A stretch of DNA of 64,000 nucleotides from Lama guanicoe. Lineage: Eukaryota. Each line of letters starts with the position of its first letter. The stretch's first letter is position 1. The DNA lies in contig MU053594.1 of the NCBI GenBank assembly GCA_013239625.1, positions 1,333,654 to 1,397,653 on the forward strand. The letters run 5' to 3'. Below, piece by piece: positions 36,300 to 48,226 of this stretch. The position numbers and the translations under genes are program-made. Under the pieces are notes generated by a model that saw only the letters and a program-made list of their open reading frames with translations, was not told the origin of the DNA and made no database searches.

Positions 36300-39200
36300 A
36301 GGGCCCCAAGTTCCAGGAGGATAATAGTAGGTACTTAAATCCAAATCAATTCATACATCCTTTAAAAAAAAAGATCAACAGAAGAGTAAATAAAGCCATT
36401 CAAAACTCAGCTATAGCATAAGTAGAAAGCCAAGAATATTATGAAATTAAAATCATGCACCAGTCAGGAAATAAACCAAACCAGCAGAGTCATCTGAGAA
36501 ATGCATGCCAGAGAGGAGAGAGGAACAAGGGTGGGAGAGGTGGAGGCGGGGTGCAAGGACCAGAAAGAGAAAGTACCATCCAGAGTGGGGAGATGATGAG
36601 AAGATGCTAGAGGCTTATTCCAAGCCCTGGCTACTGGGGCATCAGTTGGAAAAGACTTGAAGGCACAAGGGGCCAAAGGCAGCAATCTGGAGTAGGTGCT
36701 ACTTCTGAAGGAGAGAAAGAAGATTTCCAAGAAGCGTCATTTGGAGTCTTAATAACAAAGGGAAAGAAAGAACAGGAGGTGGAAATTAATGGTCCTACAG
36801 AAACGAAAGAGAAACACCAACTCAGAAGACACTCAACTCCTCTCTTGTTTCAAGCACCATGAGGGAAAGTCACATTTTACATCTTAATAAGAGGATACTC
36901 TTGAACTGACAAAATTCTGGTTATTCTTCCCCTAGATAATTTTTGGCTAATCTTCTTCTTCTCTGTCTTCATAAATTGTTACTGCTAGTCTGGGAAAATA
37001 AATATTTCAAAATAAACAGAAAATTGCAGAGACTATCCATACAAAGTCACTATAAAGAGAAAAATCAAAATGAGATTTTTAAATATTTCAGTTGGTGAAA
37101 ATTCTCCCCTAAATCCAACCCATGAAGTCGAAGAAAATTATACCACAACACCTCAACTTGGGTTAAATATCCTTAAATAGGCATTTGCACATACAAAAAC
37201 CAATTCAATGAAAAAACTGAAAACAGAAATAGACCAAAAACAGAACAATATGAAACAAGAGCTCACTAAACTTAGGAAGCAAATTGAAGAAAAAGACAAA
37301 ATTGTCTTAGAAATGAAAACTAAATTACAAAGGACCCAAATGAGAATATATTTAATGAGGCATTAAGAAAAGACACAAAACATTCAAGAGAACAAAAATG
37401 ATGTAAAGAAGGTGTTTTAAAAAAGTAGAGAAAAAGGGATTCCTGTAGAAAGAAGACAGCAAAGATAATCCAATATATATAATTGGACTCTCTGAAGAAG
37501 AAAAAATATAATAGAAATTATATTTAAACCTACCACTCAAGAAAACTTTTAAGAAATGAAAGAAGACCAGGATACACATATTGAAATTGCCCACCAGGTA
37601 CCTGGGAAAATTGACTGGAATGCTTAAGTCAATCCTGTCTTGATCCAACTTTAAACTTCCATGTTTGAAGGAAAGATTTAAAGTCAACCTTCTCAATTTC
37701 TGCCAACAACGGAACAGTATTTTCAAGAAACTCAAGAAAAGAGTATGAGCCAAGGATTTTTTATCCAACCAAGTAGTCCTTCAAATATCAAGGCTAGAAG
37801 AAGAGTTTTAAACATGCAAAAATAGAGGAAAATCTGTACTCAGCAACATTTTCTGAGGAACCTACTAGAAGTCAAGTGTCTGCTAACCAAGTCTGGGAAA
37901 CTTCAAGAAAGGAGTTAGAGAAAGTCCTGAATACGTTTAATTGTTGCTCTAAGACTAAAACCAACGTGGGCAAGGGTAGAAGACCACAACGCAAAGGCTG
38001 AATGTTCTATAAAGGATACAGAATTCAAAGTTTGAGAAGACTGAAGAAGTGAGAGGCAAAGAAGAAAGAGAAATCAACTCACTGTCACATACATAGTAGA
38101 GAGGAGTCAAAGGTTACATTTAAACCTGACAACCAAACAGTAAATGCCTAAGTACGAAAAAAACTAAAACGTATTAGGACAGCCATACATATTCTTAAAC
38201 TAAAAGAAATACAAAAAGGAAAAATAACCAAAGCATAGACAATAGAAAGGAACACCATAAATACAACATAATGTTTATAATTTAAAAGATGTCAAAGTTG
38301 GAGCCAAACATATTAGTCATATTAGTAAATAGAAATGTACTTATCTATGAAAGAAATTTTCAAGTTGGCTCAAAGAACAAAACTCAATCAACCATATGAT
38401 GAACACAAAAGACACGTAAAATGAAGTGAGTCAAAAATGCTAAAAATAAATTGATGAGCAATTTCTATCAGGGAAATGGAAACAATAGGAAAGAAAGGTT
38501 TCGATTCTAACATCAGACAAAGTAAAATTCAGACCAGTGATCTGAATAGAAAGTGCAGAAATGGTCCAAGCACACATGGAAGTTGAGCCTATTATAAAGC
38601 TGATGTCTCAAAACACTGAGGAAATGATGGACTTTTTAACAAATGGCATTAGAGCAACTGAAGCATCTCTGAGAAAATAATAAAGTTGGCTTCTTTCTTC
38701 ACCTCATTAGCAGAATAAACTCCAAATCCACAAAAGATCTAAATGTAAAAGAGAGAGAGCCACACAAGTATTAGATGCAGGGAAAGCCTTTCTGACTATG
38801 ACTGGAGATCCAGCTACAATTTTTAAAAAATCTCATTACTTAACTACATTTAAAAAATCTTCCCTATGACAAAAAACACCACCAGTCTAAAGATAAGCAA
38901 TGCTTGGGAGGAAAAAAATTACAACATGTAGAACAGATAAAGGGCTAATATCCCAATATATTAATACTTAGAATAAATATTTTAAAACCTTATAAAATTA
39001 TTCAAAGTTATAAACAAACAGTTCAACCAAAAATACATATGATGTCTCTTCAAAGATATTAACAGATGTTCTATTTCATCCATAATGAAGAAAGGCAAAT
39101 TAAAACTAGGCTATTTTCTCACCTAAAAAATTAGCAAAAATTTCAGAATCTTGACAGCCAGTCTGCTGGTGAAACAGTAGAGGAGAAGTCCCCTCTCAGA

Positions 39201-39830
39201 CACCGTTGGCGAGAATGAAAAAACTCCTACAAACGGGACTTGGGCAATATCCGATTCAGCTGCAAACACATTTGCCCGTGGGCTCAGGAATCCCATTTTC
39301 AAAAGTTGACCTTAAAAATACTCCTTCAACAATTACGAAATGAAAACAACCACAAGGTTTTTCCTTTGTTGCACTATATGCAATGAAAATTATTGGAAAT
39401 GATCTAAATCCTCATCCACAGGAATCGGATTAAATAAACAGCAATACCACCACACAATGGAGGACTCCACATCTGTAAGAAGGAATGAGGAAGGTGTCTA
39501 TGAACTTATATTGAGTGACTGATGTCATGTAAACTAAAAAATAATACAGCAAGATGAGCAAAGCTTTTTACAAGATACTTTTGTGTAAGAAATAAGAGGA
39601 GATAAGAAAAAGATACGTATATACATGTGTATATTTATGTATTTGTTTATTTTTACAAAACAAAACACAGGAAGTTGAACCAGGAAATAATAAAAGTGTT
39701 TACCTAAAGAGGAGTGAGTAAGAATGAGGTTAAAATGATTAGGGGAGGGAGGGAAAATTCAGAGTACAATTTTTGCATAGTTTTAACAAGCTAATGTTTT
39801 ATGTATTCAAAAAAATAAGTTAAATAAATC
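36300..39830 (+). mobile_element. Old L1M element: ORF1, endonuclease start, then late ORF2/3' UTR (large internal deletion)
   Basis: ORF1p-like 'IE.AHQVPGKID' (~37580-37615) and 'YEPRI..P..SFKY' (~37745-37790); endonuclease 'IL.SDKVKF' (~38505-38530); then an abrupt jump to late-ORF2 motifs from ~38545. Confidence 0.78.
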
Positions 39831-40387
39831 ACCAAGGGAGAAAGGAGTTGATTTGCATATTCAAAACATAAGCTAAATCAATTTTTAAAAATCTAAAGTT
39901 GAATACAAACAGAACAAATGGCCCTAATTGTATCTCAAAATAATAAAATAACCACATAAGGAAAAAAAGCGGTAACTCAAGTAATTTTTGAACATAATAC
40001 ATTGGCTGAACATCCTCGATGGAATATATTCTAAGGATGAGCAAAACTGTAATGAAATCTTGAACTTTAAATTTGTTACTGGTAGTGGTGTGGATAATGA
40101 ATTCTGACACTATTTGGTTTGTATTGGAGGAGTCGGCAAATCCTACTTGCCAGGGTGAGAGATACAAATATAGAATGGGGAAGAGGGGATGGGGGAACCC
40201 CTGGCATTGGGTTGGAATTGAGCATATCAGTATAAATTCATGATTATGTATGATTTATATATAATATGTATGTATGTGTGTGTGTGTGTGTGTATAATAT
40301 ATATATATATATTTTTTTTAACCTAAGTCTGTTTACTGAAATGGCCCAGAAAATGACATCTTAATTTCAATGAGTGTACTTGGTATT

Positions 40388-40845
40388 GTGAGATGAACTG
40401 TGTCCCCCACAAAGATGTACTGAAGTCCTAACCTCTGGTACATGTGAATGTGACCGAAGTCGGTAGTAGGGTCTTTGCAGATGTCATCGAGCTGAGTGCA
40501 TACTAGATTAGTGTGAGCCCCTAAACCCCACGACTGGTGGCTTTATAAGAAGACAGCCATGCGAAGACCCCCAGACACACAGCGGGAAGGCAGTCATGTG
40601 AAGACAGAGACGGATATTGAAGCGAGGCAGCTACAGGTCAAGGAATGCCATGGACGGCTGGCAGCCGCCAGAGGCTAGGAAGAGGCAGGGAAGGATTCTC
40701 CCTTAGAACCCCCAGAGAGATCATGACTCTGCTGAGACTTTGATCTCAGACTTCAACCCTCTAGAACTGGGAGACAATGAGCTTCCATGGTTTTAAGCCA
40801 CCCAGTGGGTGGCATTTTGCTGCAGCAGCCCTAGGAAACTAATGC
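40388..40845 (+). mobile_element. MLT1B/C-like MaLR LTR
   Basis: TG start ...GAACTGTGTCCCCCAC...GAAGTCCTAACC...GGGTCTTTGCAGATG... and end TTTAAGCCACCCAGT...GCAGCCCTAGGAAACTAATGCA. Confidence 0.88.
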
Positions 40846-41064
40846 ATCCAGCAACTAAATCTTGGTTTCTAAATACCATTTGACACAAAAAGAATAGGGG
40901 CTCCTTGAGGAAATAAATACCTGATTCTAGATGTCTGGGGCATCTCATTGTCCCAGAAAGCAAGGATGGGCTCAGAAACTGATGGAAGTATGACAAAAAG
41001 ACCCAGGAACTAGCCTAAAGAGGCTCTCACTAGCCAAATCTGGAATAGTTTGAGTATTTTTTTT

Positions 41065-41223
41065 AGGGGAAAGTGCGAACGCAGTCCCCCACTACCACAA
41101 GTTATGCAGTCGAGTTTCCCACATTTGGGGAAATTGCAGTGGTCAGCACATCTGGAGTGCAATGGATAAGCCTTGCCCTGGGAAAACCACCTTCGTGATC
41201 ATGGTATTTCCCCTGCCAGGTAA
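41065..41223 (-). pseudogene. RNU1: Processed U1 snRNA pseudogene (U1 nt ~5-163) with poly(A) tail and 18-bp TSD
   Basis: Reverse complement reads TTACCTGGCAGGGGAAATACCATGATCACGAAGGTGGTTTTCCCAGGGC...GTGGGGGACTGCGTTCGCACTTTCCCCT, 7 substitutions against the canonical U1 sequence as I recall it. T8 tail at 41057-41064. TSD TGGAATAGTTTGAGTATT at 41041-41058 and 41224-41241. Confidence 0.97.
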
Positions 41224-43363
41224 TGGAATAGTTTGAGTATTAAAACGAATAAGGAAAAGTGATTGCCTGGAGCAATTACAAGAATTAAACGGGAAGGGAC
41301 ATAAGGAAACTTTCTGTGGGGCTGGAAATGTTCTGTCTCGGGTGTGAGTAACATGAGTATGCATGCTTGTCAGATGCATCTAACTGCATGTTTAAGACCT
41401 GGACAATGCACTGTATGTACGTTATATTTTAATTTTAAAAATGAGTAATGATAGCGATAAATTATAACGTATCGAACTTAATTTTTTTGATCCATGAATC
41501 CATAATGATACTAAAAACAAAAGTTGAAGGAAGGAAAGCTCTTTTTGAATAGAATGTCAGATAGTGAATGTAGAAAGAATTATAGGATTAGGAAAAAATC
41601 TCCATTTTTCAACCACCAATGCAATAATCACTTCAGGCAAGGATAATTAATGTAAGCCAAAACATTAAACGGCTGGTTTTGGAGATCAGGATAGTCAAAT
41701 ACTCTCAAAGCATCACCTAAAAGGTAAGGGGAAAGGTGCCTTTGCAATAAAGAAACCTGGCAGACACCAGCTCAACCAAAAGAGCAAACGTAACATCAGC
41801 AGTAATGGGACCAATTGATTTTATGTGCCTTCAAATGTGCTCTGATTGGGAATCAGCTCCTCCTATATATTATTCCTGCCAAAACCCACTAACTTTGAAT
41901 CTGATCACGAGGAAACATTCAGACAAATCCAAATCATCAGGCATTCTTCAAAGCCAGTGGTCTAGATTCTTCAAAAGGTCAATGTCATAAAAGACCAAAA
42001 GAGGAAGGGCTACTGTTCTCAATTAAATAAGATTTAAAAGACATGATAAAGTAAATGCAATGGTGCACCGTTCATTGACTACTAGGAAAAAAAAAGCTAT
42101 AAAAGTCATTGTTAGGACAGTGGTGGAAATTTGAACATAGGTTATATGTTAGATAAAGCTATGCCATCTCTTTTAAATTCCCTGGGTGTGATCACTATAA
42201 TGTGTCCATTTTCCAAGAAGAGAAAGAGAAAGAAAGCAAATAGGGCAAAAGATGTGTAAAACTGGCAAAGAACATGGGTATTCATCACACTGTTTTTTTC
42301 AATGATTGGTTTAGAATTGTTCAAAATTAAATATTGGGGGAAATGCTATTTTTAAAGGAGAAAAATCTATATTTTTTTGCCAAGTTTTTGAACAATATGT
42401 TTCTCATCCCTCTTACTTTCCTGTCTTACTGCCCCCTTTCTAGCTCCCACCCTCATCATATCATAGCCAGGACCATTGGAAACACCTTGCAAGACCTTTT
42501 CCTCCTCCAAAATAACTTTTCTAAACAGCGCTTTTATGAAGAAACACCTCTGTACAATTTGTTTTTTCCCAATAGGTCCAAGTTGTCCTGGGGCTAAATT
42601 CAAAACTCTTTAGTCTGGCAATTTCATTAGTTCTGAACCCATGTTTCAGATTGCTGGCCTGACATCTCTATGTGAAAACTGCAGTACTCTCAGACTTAAC
42701 TCACCCAGCGCAGTTTGACCCCTCCCCCTCCAAACCCGACCCTCTGCTTTGTTTCCCATTATTTGGTGTCATCTTCGTCCTCTCAGTCACCCAGGCTGGC
42801 CCTCTTAGAATCAGCCTGCAGCTCCTGTTCATTCTTCATACCCTACACCAAACCCTTACGGTCTATTGAATTCACCCTACTGTCAGTCTCTCTTACATTA
42901 GGCCTTTATCATCTCTAAGCTCTAGCCTATTAACTGCCTACCAAATGGTCTCCCTGATGTTTCATAATAATCATTAAATAATTATCTATTGATGGAGGGC
43001 AATGAGGAAATGAAGACCCTGACTCTAATTATTACCCTTCCACCCCCTGCTTCTTCTCCCCAAACAGGCTTATGATAAATGTCTCTCGGAAAGAAGGAAC
43101 AGCAAAGCGGTGGTTGCCTAAAGTCTTAGAAGAGAAAAATGCCACCGAATTCACTGCCTCTTTACCTGGGGCCCTGAATACTCAGCGTGACCAATGGGAC
43201 AAGGAGATTAAAAAACAGACAATTCAGTCCTAAGGCCTGTTGTCCTCATTCCCTTTTCAGAAAGCAGGGGCAAAAACCCAGCTGGAACATTCAAGCTATT
43301 TGAAGAGCACGGGCTTTGCCTGCCTCTGAATCATGACTTGCTGCAGCGTGCCTGGTGTTCACG

Positions 43364-43373
43364 GCGCATGCGC
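43364..43373. promoter_or_regulatory. Perfect NRF1-type palindrome GCGCATGCGC
   Basis: Exact core motif with intact CpGs in otherwise CpG-poor DNA; function not shown. Confidence 0.45.
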
Positions 43374-43451
43374 GGGCGCAGGCACGATGGAATGGAGCCC
43401 TATCCGGCCACCCACTCCTGGCTATGGTGGTTGAAAACAGATGCTCTAAAG

Positions 43452-43640
43452 TAGGGTTTGGCAAACGAGGGCCCACAGTTCAGATGTGGCCCATGCCCTG
43501 TTATTTATAGTGCTCCAGCTGAAACTAGTTTTTATATGTTTAAAGAGGCAGTTAAAAAAAGAATCTGTAAAAGAGACCATATATGGCTTGCAAAGCCTAA
43601 AATATTTACTATCAGTGTCTGTGCAAAAGAGGTTTACTCT
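43452..43640. mobile_element. hAT-Charlie MITE (MER58-like)
   Basis: AGGGTTTGGCAAAC...GGCCCACAG start and ATATGGCTTGCAAAGCCTAAAATATTTACTATC near the end. Confidence 0.78.
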
Positions 43641-44668
43641 ACAGTCATACAGGAAGGAGTCTGAATCCCATTTCTGACCTTCGATAGCCATCAAAACACA
43701 GATAACTATTCAGCCTCTCAGTCACCGTTTTCTCATCTGTCTATGTAGAGGAAACACTTCCATTCAGGATATTGTAAGCATTAAGCATCGATAGTCTACC
43801 TAGGGTACTTCTTGGTACCTAAGTACTCCATAAATGTTACTTATAATTGTAACAGAGAAAAAAATATTACCTAAAACAATCACATCTGCCTTTTAAAGAA
43901 GAAAACAAAATTCATATTAGGGAGGATATAAATCTCTAACGAGCTTCCTTTCTCAGCTGCGATTAGTGAGGAAGGATGAAGGACAAGATGGACATTTCAA
44001 AGCTCCCGCCCATTATTCCAGGCTGCCAAAGGGGAGACTTGGAATACATAACCTACTGTTTAGTGGAGCACATCAGTGAGTCTTCGCGTATGTAAACAGG
44101 GCTCAGAGCTGAGCAGGGGATGGGGAGGTAGGTTGATCGACACAATGAAGAGAGGAGAACTGAGTTTGAAAGGGGGAATCAGGCTTCCTGTCAGGGCTTG
44201 ATGGCAGATTGAGCGCAGGATAAGATCTCCCCCTTTACTGAACTCATAGAAATAGTAGAAAATGTAAAAATAGTAGAAAAAATAAATGCATACACGTTCA
44301 GTTTAAAAAAAAAAAAAAAGAAACAGAACTCGGAATAGAATGGAAAACAGAAAGATGTCCCTAAAAGGAAGAAACAGAACTCTTGAGCTTAATCCGTGTA
44401 CCGTGGCAGGAAAACTAGGGGGGCATTTCTAGCTTTTAAAAGCTCAGAATTCCTATTGGTATATCGTAGCTGTCGATACTAATGTGGGTCAATGATCACA
44501 TCCCCCAAATGAGTACGTTTTCTACTCTTTGACCCCAATCCTGCTCACATGAATGGCTGAAGAAACTAAGCCATAAAGGAGGAGGTCATTCAGGACTTTT
44601 ACTGCATGGGCAAGGTAGGACATACAGAGGGAGAAAAACACGGAGCCGGGAAGGTGGCACGGTTGGCT

Positions 44669-45810
44669 TTTGAAAGGCCATTTTACTTTTCAGTGATGCT
44701 GACTGGCTGGAGGTGGTAGCTAGGTAGAAAGTCCACCTAATGGCCCTCTTTCATACCCAAGAATGGGCAGAAGCATCAGCTGGATGAATGCTCTGCTCAC
44801 TGAAGATGGGGGAGATCTCCACAGGGTGCCATGATGTGAAAGTCCGTATCTCTAATGGCAGAGTGGGCTGCCTTAACAGTAAACAAACAAGTAAACCAGA
44901 AAGCGGAGTTAAACCCAGGGTACGAGTTCTCCATGGTCAGCATAAATTTTTCGCCCTGGAAAAAAGTAAAGAGTCCCATATGGTCAACAGGCCAGCACCA
45001 CCTAGCTAATGGCGTCCTGTAAAATGGACTCTCAAAGGGCCCAGACTGCTAGCAGCTGGTATAGAAAGAAAGTGTAGTTGCATAATAAGGTGGTGAAATT
45101 CTCCAGTAATTAACACTGCCTACGTGTACCAGGAAGACGAAGGTCAGGACTGAGGAGAAGATGACTTGAGTCGCTGCATTCATGTTAGAGACGTTGGCAG
45201 GAAGAGGCGTTTTTCTGGTGATTATCATCATAATAGCTTTGGATACTGACTCTATTCAAAAGGCTTATTATCTTTCCACAGGTGCTTCTGCCAAAGTGGT
45301 TTGGTCTTAATGAGAAATATCTCCCCACTGAGAGGACCAGTGAAAGAGGCCATTATCCATAGTCCAGGAGTCACTTAGCAGGAGACAGAGGGAGTGGACA
45401 AGTAGGCAACCTTGGTAATGACTGTATGCAGAGCTTCCACTCCCCCCACTAGATTGAGGCGCCAGAGCATTGCACACTCATGTAGAAACCTCTCAGGGAT
45501 GGATAATGTGCAGTCACCGTCATTCTCTAATCAGTTAAGAATATCACACAGAATCATCCAGAACCAGGGTAGATAGGCTTCCTCCCTCAAAAGTCATATC
45601 CAGCCATAAAGCAAGGGGCAGTCAAGAACCAACAACCCCTGAGGGTGCCACAGTCATGGCCAAGGGATAGCTCGCCACCACTGTATGGAAGTGAAAGGCA
45701 TCCGTGGAAGGATGCCATGACCCAGATATACCATTCAACCCAAAGACAGTCATCTGTGACATGGCCAAGACTGTTTTAGGCCAGACAGGCTATCACCCAA
45801 GTAAAAATAC
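44669..45810 (+). mobile_element. Decayed Ty3/Gypsy-like pol remnant (RNase H to integrase), probably MamGyp-int-like
   Basis: Ordered motif remnants: FERPF/LFSDA (44669-44700), LANGVL*...QLV (45002-45061), RPLSIV (45347), LVMT (45412), RIIQNQGR (45550), QP*SKGQSRTN (45601), WKDAMTQIYHSTQ...PRLF*AR (45705). Confidence 0.62.
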
Positions 45811-47286
45811 TAAAATGCCGGGTGCATGTGGGGTACATGTGGTTTTGATGCTTTTTTTTTCTAAAGTAAATGGGCCTAAAGGCCATCACATAGAGTTTCA
45901 ATTTTAAAGAGATCACTATAAGCAGATGAAAGTTGATAAAGATGAACAGCAAGAATTTGCTTACATAGAAGTTCAGAAACTATTTCTACAGGGAGGAACC
46001 TACCAGCAGCACAAGAAGGCATCTGTATCTCACCTGGGTGCAGTGGAAAGTGATGCAGAATAATGTGCAGTTAGGGCAATAGGCTATCAAAACAGGGCTC
46101 ACTGTCCCAGTCTCTACACCAACTTCTTGTTGTTGGGTGTCTACTCAAAGATGAAAGGCATGCATGATCCCTGATTGACGGGTTTGTGCAAAAGGCTGAG
46201 GTCAGGAGTGAAGATGCCACAACATGAGTAGGTGCTGGACCTCCTATTTGGAAAAGGGTACCTGCAGTGAAACTTTAGCCTAGAGTCCTGACAATTCAGA
46301 TCCCAGACAGTGGTGCTGTGCTGAGACCCTGGACTTTAGGGTGATTGTGAAGCCATTCCCTGAGAAGCCATCTCTCCGTCACATGGGAGATGAGCTCACA
46401 ATGATCAGCAAATGATTCCTGAAGGAGGACGCATCCATGTGCTATCTCAGGACAACTCCTGGGATGGGGGGGGAGTTAGACCAAGAAGAGAAAGGTCTCA
46501 TTGCACTACATGGTGACAGAGGGATGGACACTGAGCAAGTACTGCTGAGATTCCCAAGTAAAGATACACTGTTGCTAGTGGTTGGAGTAGAAAGGAACAG
46601 AGTAGACAGTTTTGGCTAGATTAGTAGCCACATGTCACTGGAGTGGACAGCTATGATTTGCCCAGTCATGGTGATGTTATCAGGGAACAAAGACAGGTAG
46701 GCAAAACAACATCAATTAACCATCGGCAGGAAACAGTGAGAGTCCAAAAGCCACTGTGCTTTTTAATTAACCATGCCAGGCACTGAAGGGTGATCATGGT
46801 AAGACTTCCAAATGAATGTCATCTGAAGAGGCTCACCCATTAAGTTTTGTGGGGGAAGTAAGATTCAAAAAAAGTAATGAATAAATGAAAATCTGATTTT
46901 ATGCATATCCCAATCTAGTGATGAGAAGGACATCTGAACTCAAAGGAAGAGCCCTGGTAGCCAAGACATGAAGAAATACAATGTGCTAACATGAGTTCGT
47001 CTGGAACAACCATAGGATGGTTGTAATATAACGTGTAAGACAGTTATATTTTCTTACCGAGTCATAAGACATCTTGAAAGGGCTTAGCGAAGCCAGACAC
47101 AACTTGACTACAACCTTTCTAGGTGTCTAGTCATAGAACACCTGCACCAAGATGGGGTAAAATGGCTGTTTTCCTCGACAAAGGCTACCCCTCGCAGCTG
47201 TGGGCTGAACCAGGCATGAATCAATAATGACCTTTCCTCATGTCCCACAAAAAAGAGATGTCCCTCATTAGAAGCAAATTTAACAC

Positions 47287-47350
47287 CAAAAATGGAAGCA
47301 AAACAGAGACAAACACACAAAAATGGAAGCAAAACAGAAACAAACACACA
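47287..47350. repeat. 31-bp tandem duplication (2 copies, 1 mismatch)
   Basis: CAAAAATGGAAGCAAAACAGA(G/A)ACAAACACA at 47287 and 47318. Confidence 0.95.
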
Positions 47351-47729
47351 TGTCATCAGCAAAAGTGGTGGGAAAGCATCGCCATGGGTGGTCACGATTT
47401 ATGAGGCTGTTGCTCGCCTGGATGCAAGAGGCACTACAGTGTCTCAAGTCTTGAGTTTAAAAAACTTCTAAATCCTGTTCAGTCATATTTTCCATGCCTG
47501 GGAGACGAAAGCAGCTTCTACAAGAAGCAGCCCCTGAGAGGAGGTCGTGGTAGAGCCAAGAGCGTGTTGGCTCCCGTTCTACGCTGGTCCAGAGCTCCTC
47601 CCAGGTCCCTGCAGGGTGGCTCTTATGAGAGCATTATTCTTGGTGATCTTACTGAGTAGCAAGCGTCAGTGATGCTGCTAATGACTGGATAGAGGAAATT
47701 CGTAAATAGTTCATTGGGGAAGCCAGCCC

Positions 47730-48226
47730 CTGAGCTGGCCCCGATGATCCTGGCCCCAGGGCTCTTCCTATGGTCTCCTCTCACGCTGGGCAGGGCTACC
47801 CTGTATAACCAATAGGATTTGCAGAAATGACAGTGTATCACTTCCAAACCTAGGTCATAAAAGATATTATTCTCTCTTGGATTGCTCACTCTGGGGGAGG
47901 ACAGCCACCACATCATAAGAATACTCCAGCAGCTCAGTGGAGAAATTCATATGGGCCCCTGCCATCAGCCAGCACAACATACCAGCCATGTCAATGGCAT
48001 CTTGAAAGCAGATCCTCCGTCCCAGTTAAGCTTCCAGATGACTGTAGCCCCAGCTGACAATTTGACTGCAACCTCAAGAGACACCTTGAGTCAGAACCAC
48101 CCAGCCAAGCTGCTCCCAAATTTCTGACCCACAAAAACCATGAAAGTGGTTTTTTTTTAAGTATATTATTGTTTTAAGCTGATAAATTTTAGGGCAATCC
48201 ACTGCACAGCAACAGATTACTAAAAC
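47730..48226 (+). mobile_element. MLT1E/F-like MaLR LTR
   Basis: GGCCCCGATGATCC...GCAGAAATGACAGTGTATCACTTCC...CAGATGACTGTAGCCCCAGCTGACA...CAGAACCACCCAGCCAAGCTGCTCCC...TTGTTTTAAGCT. Confidence 0.85.

Larger units (their letters stand above)
39830..42330 (+). mobile_element. L1MC/ME-like 3' UTR fragments hosting an MLT1 LTR and a U1 retrocopy
   Basis: CTTGGTTTCTAAATACC, AATAGGGGCTCCTTGAGGAAATA, AGAAACCTGGCAGACACC and GGAAACATTCAGACAAATCCAAAT resemble old L1 3' UTRs. Confidence 0.65.

Noticed and set aside
41065..41223. Functional U1 snRNA gene
   Set aside because: Poly(A) tail, TSD, missing 5' nucleotides, mutated Sm site and L1-derived flanks indicate a retrocopy.
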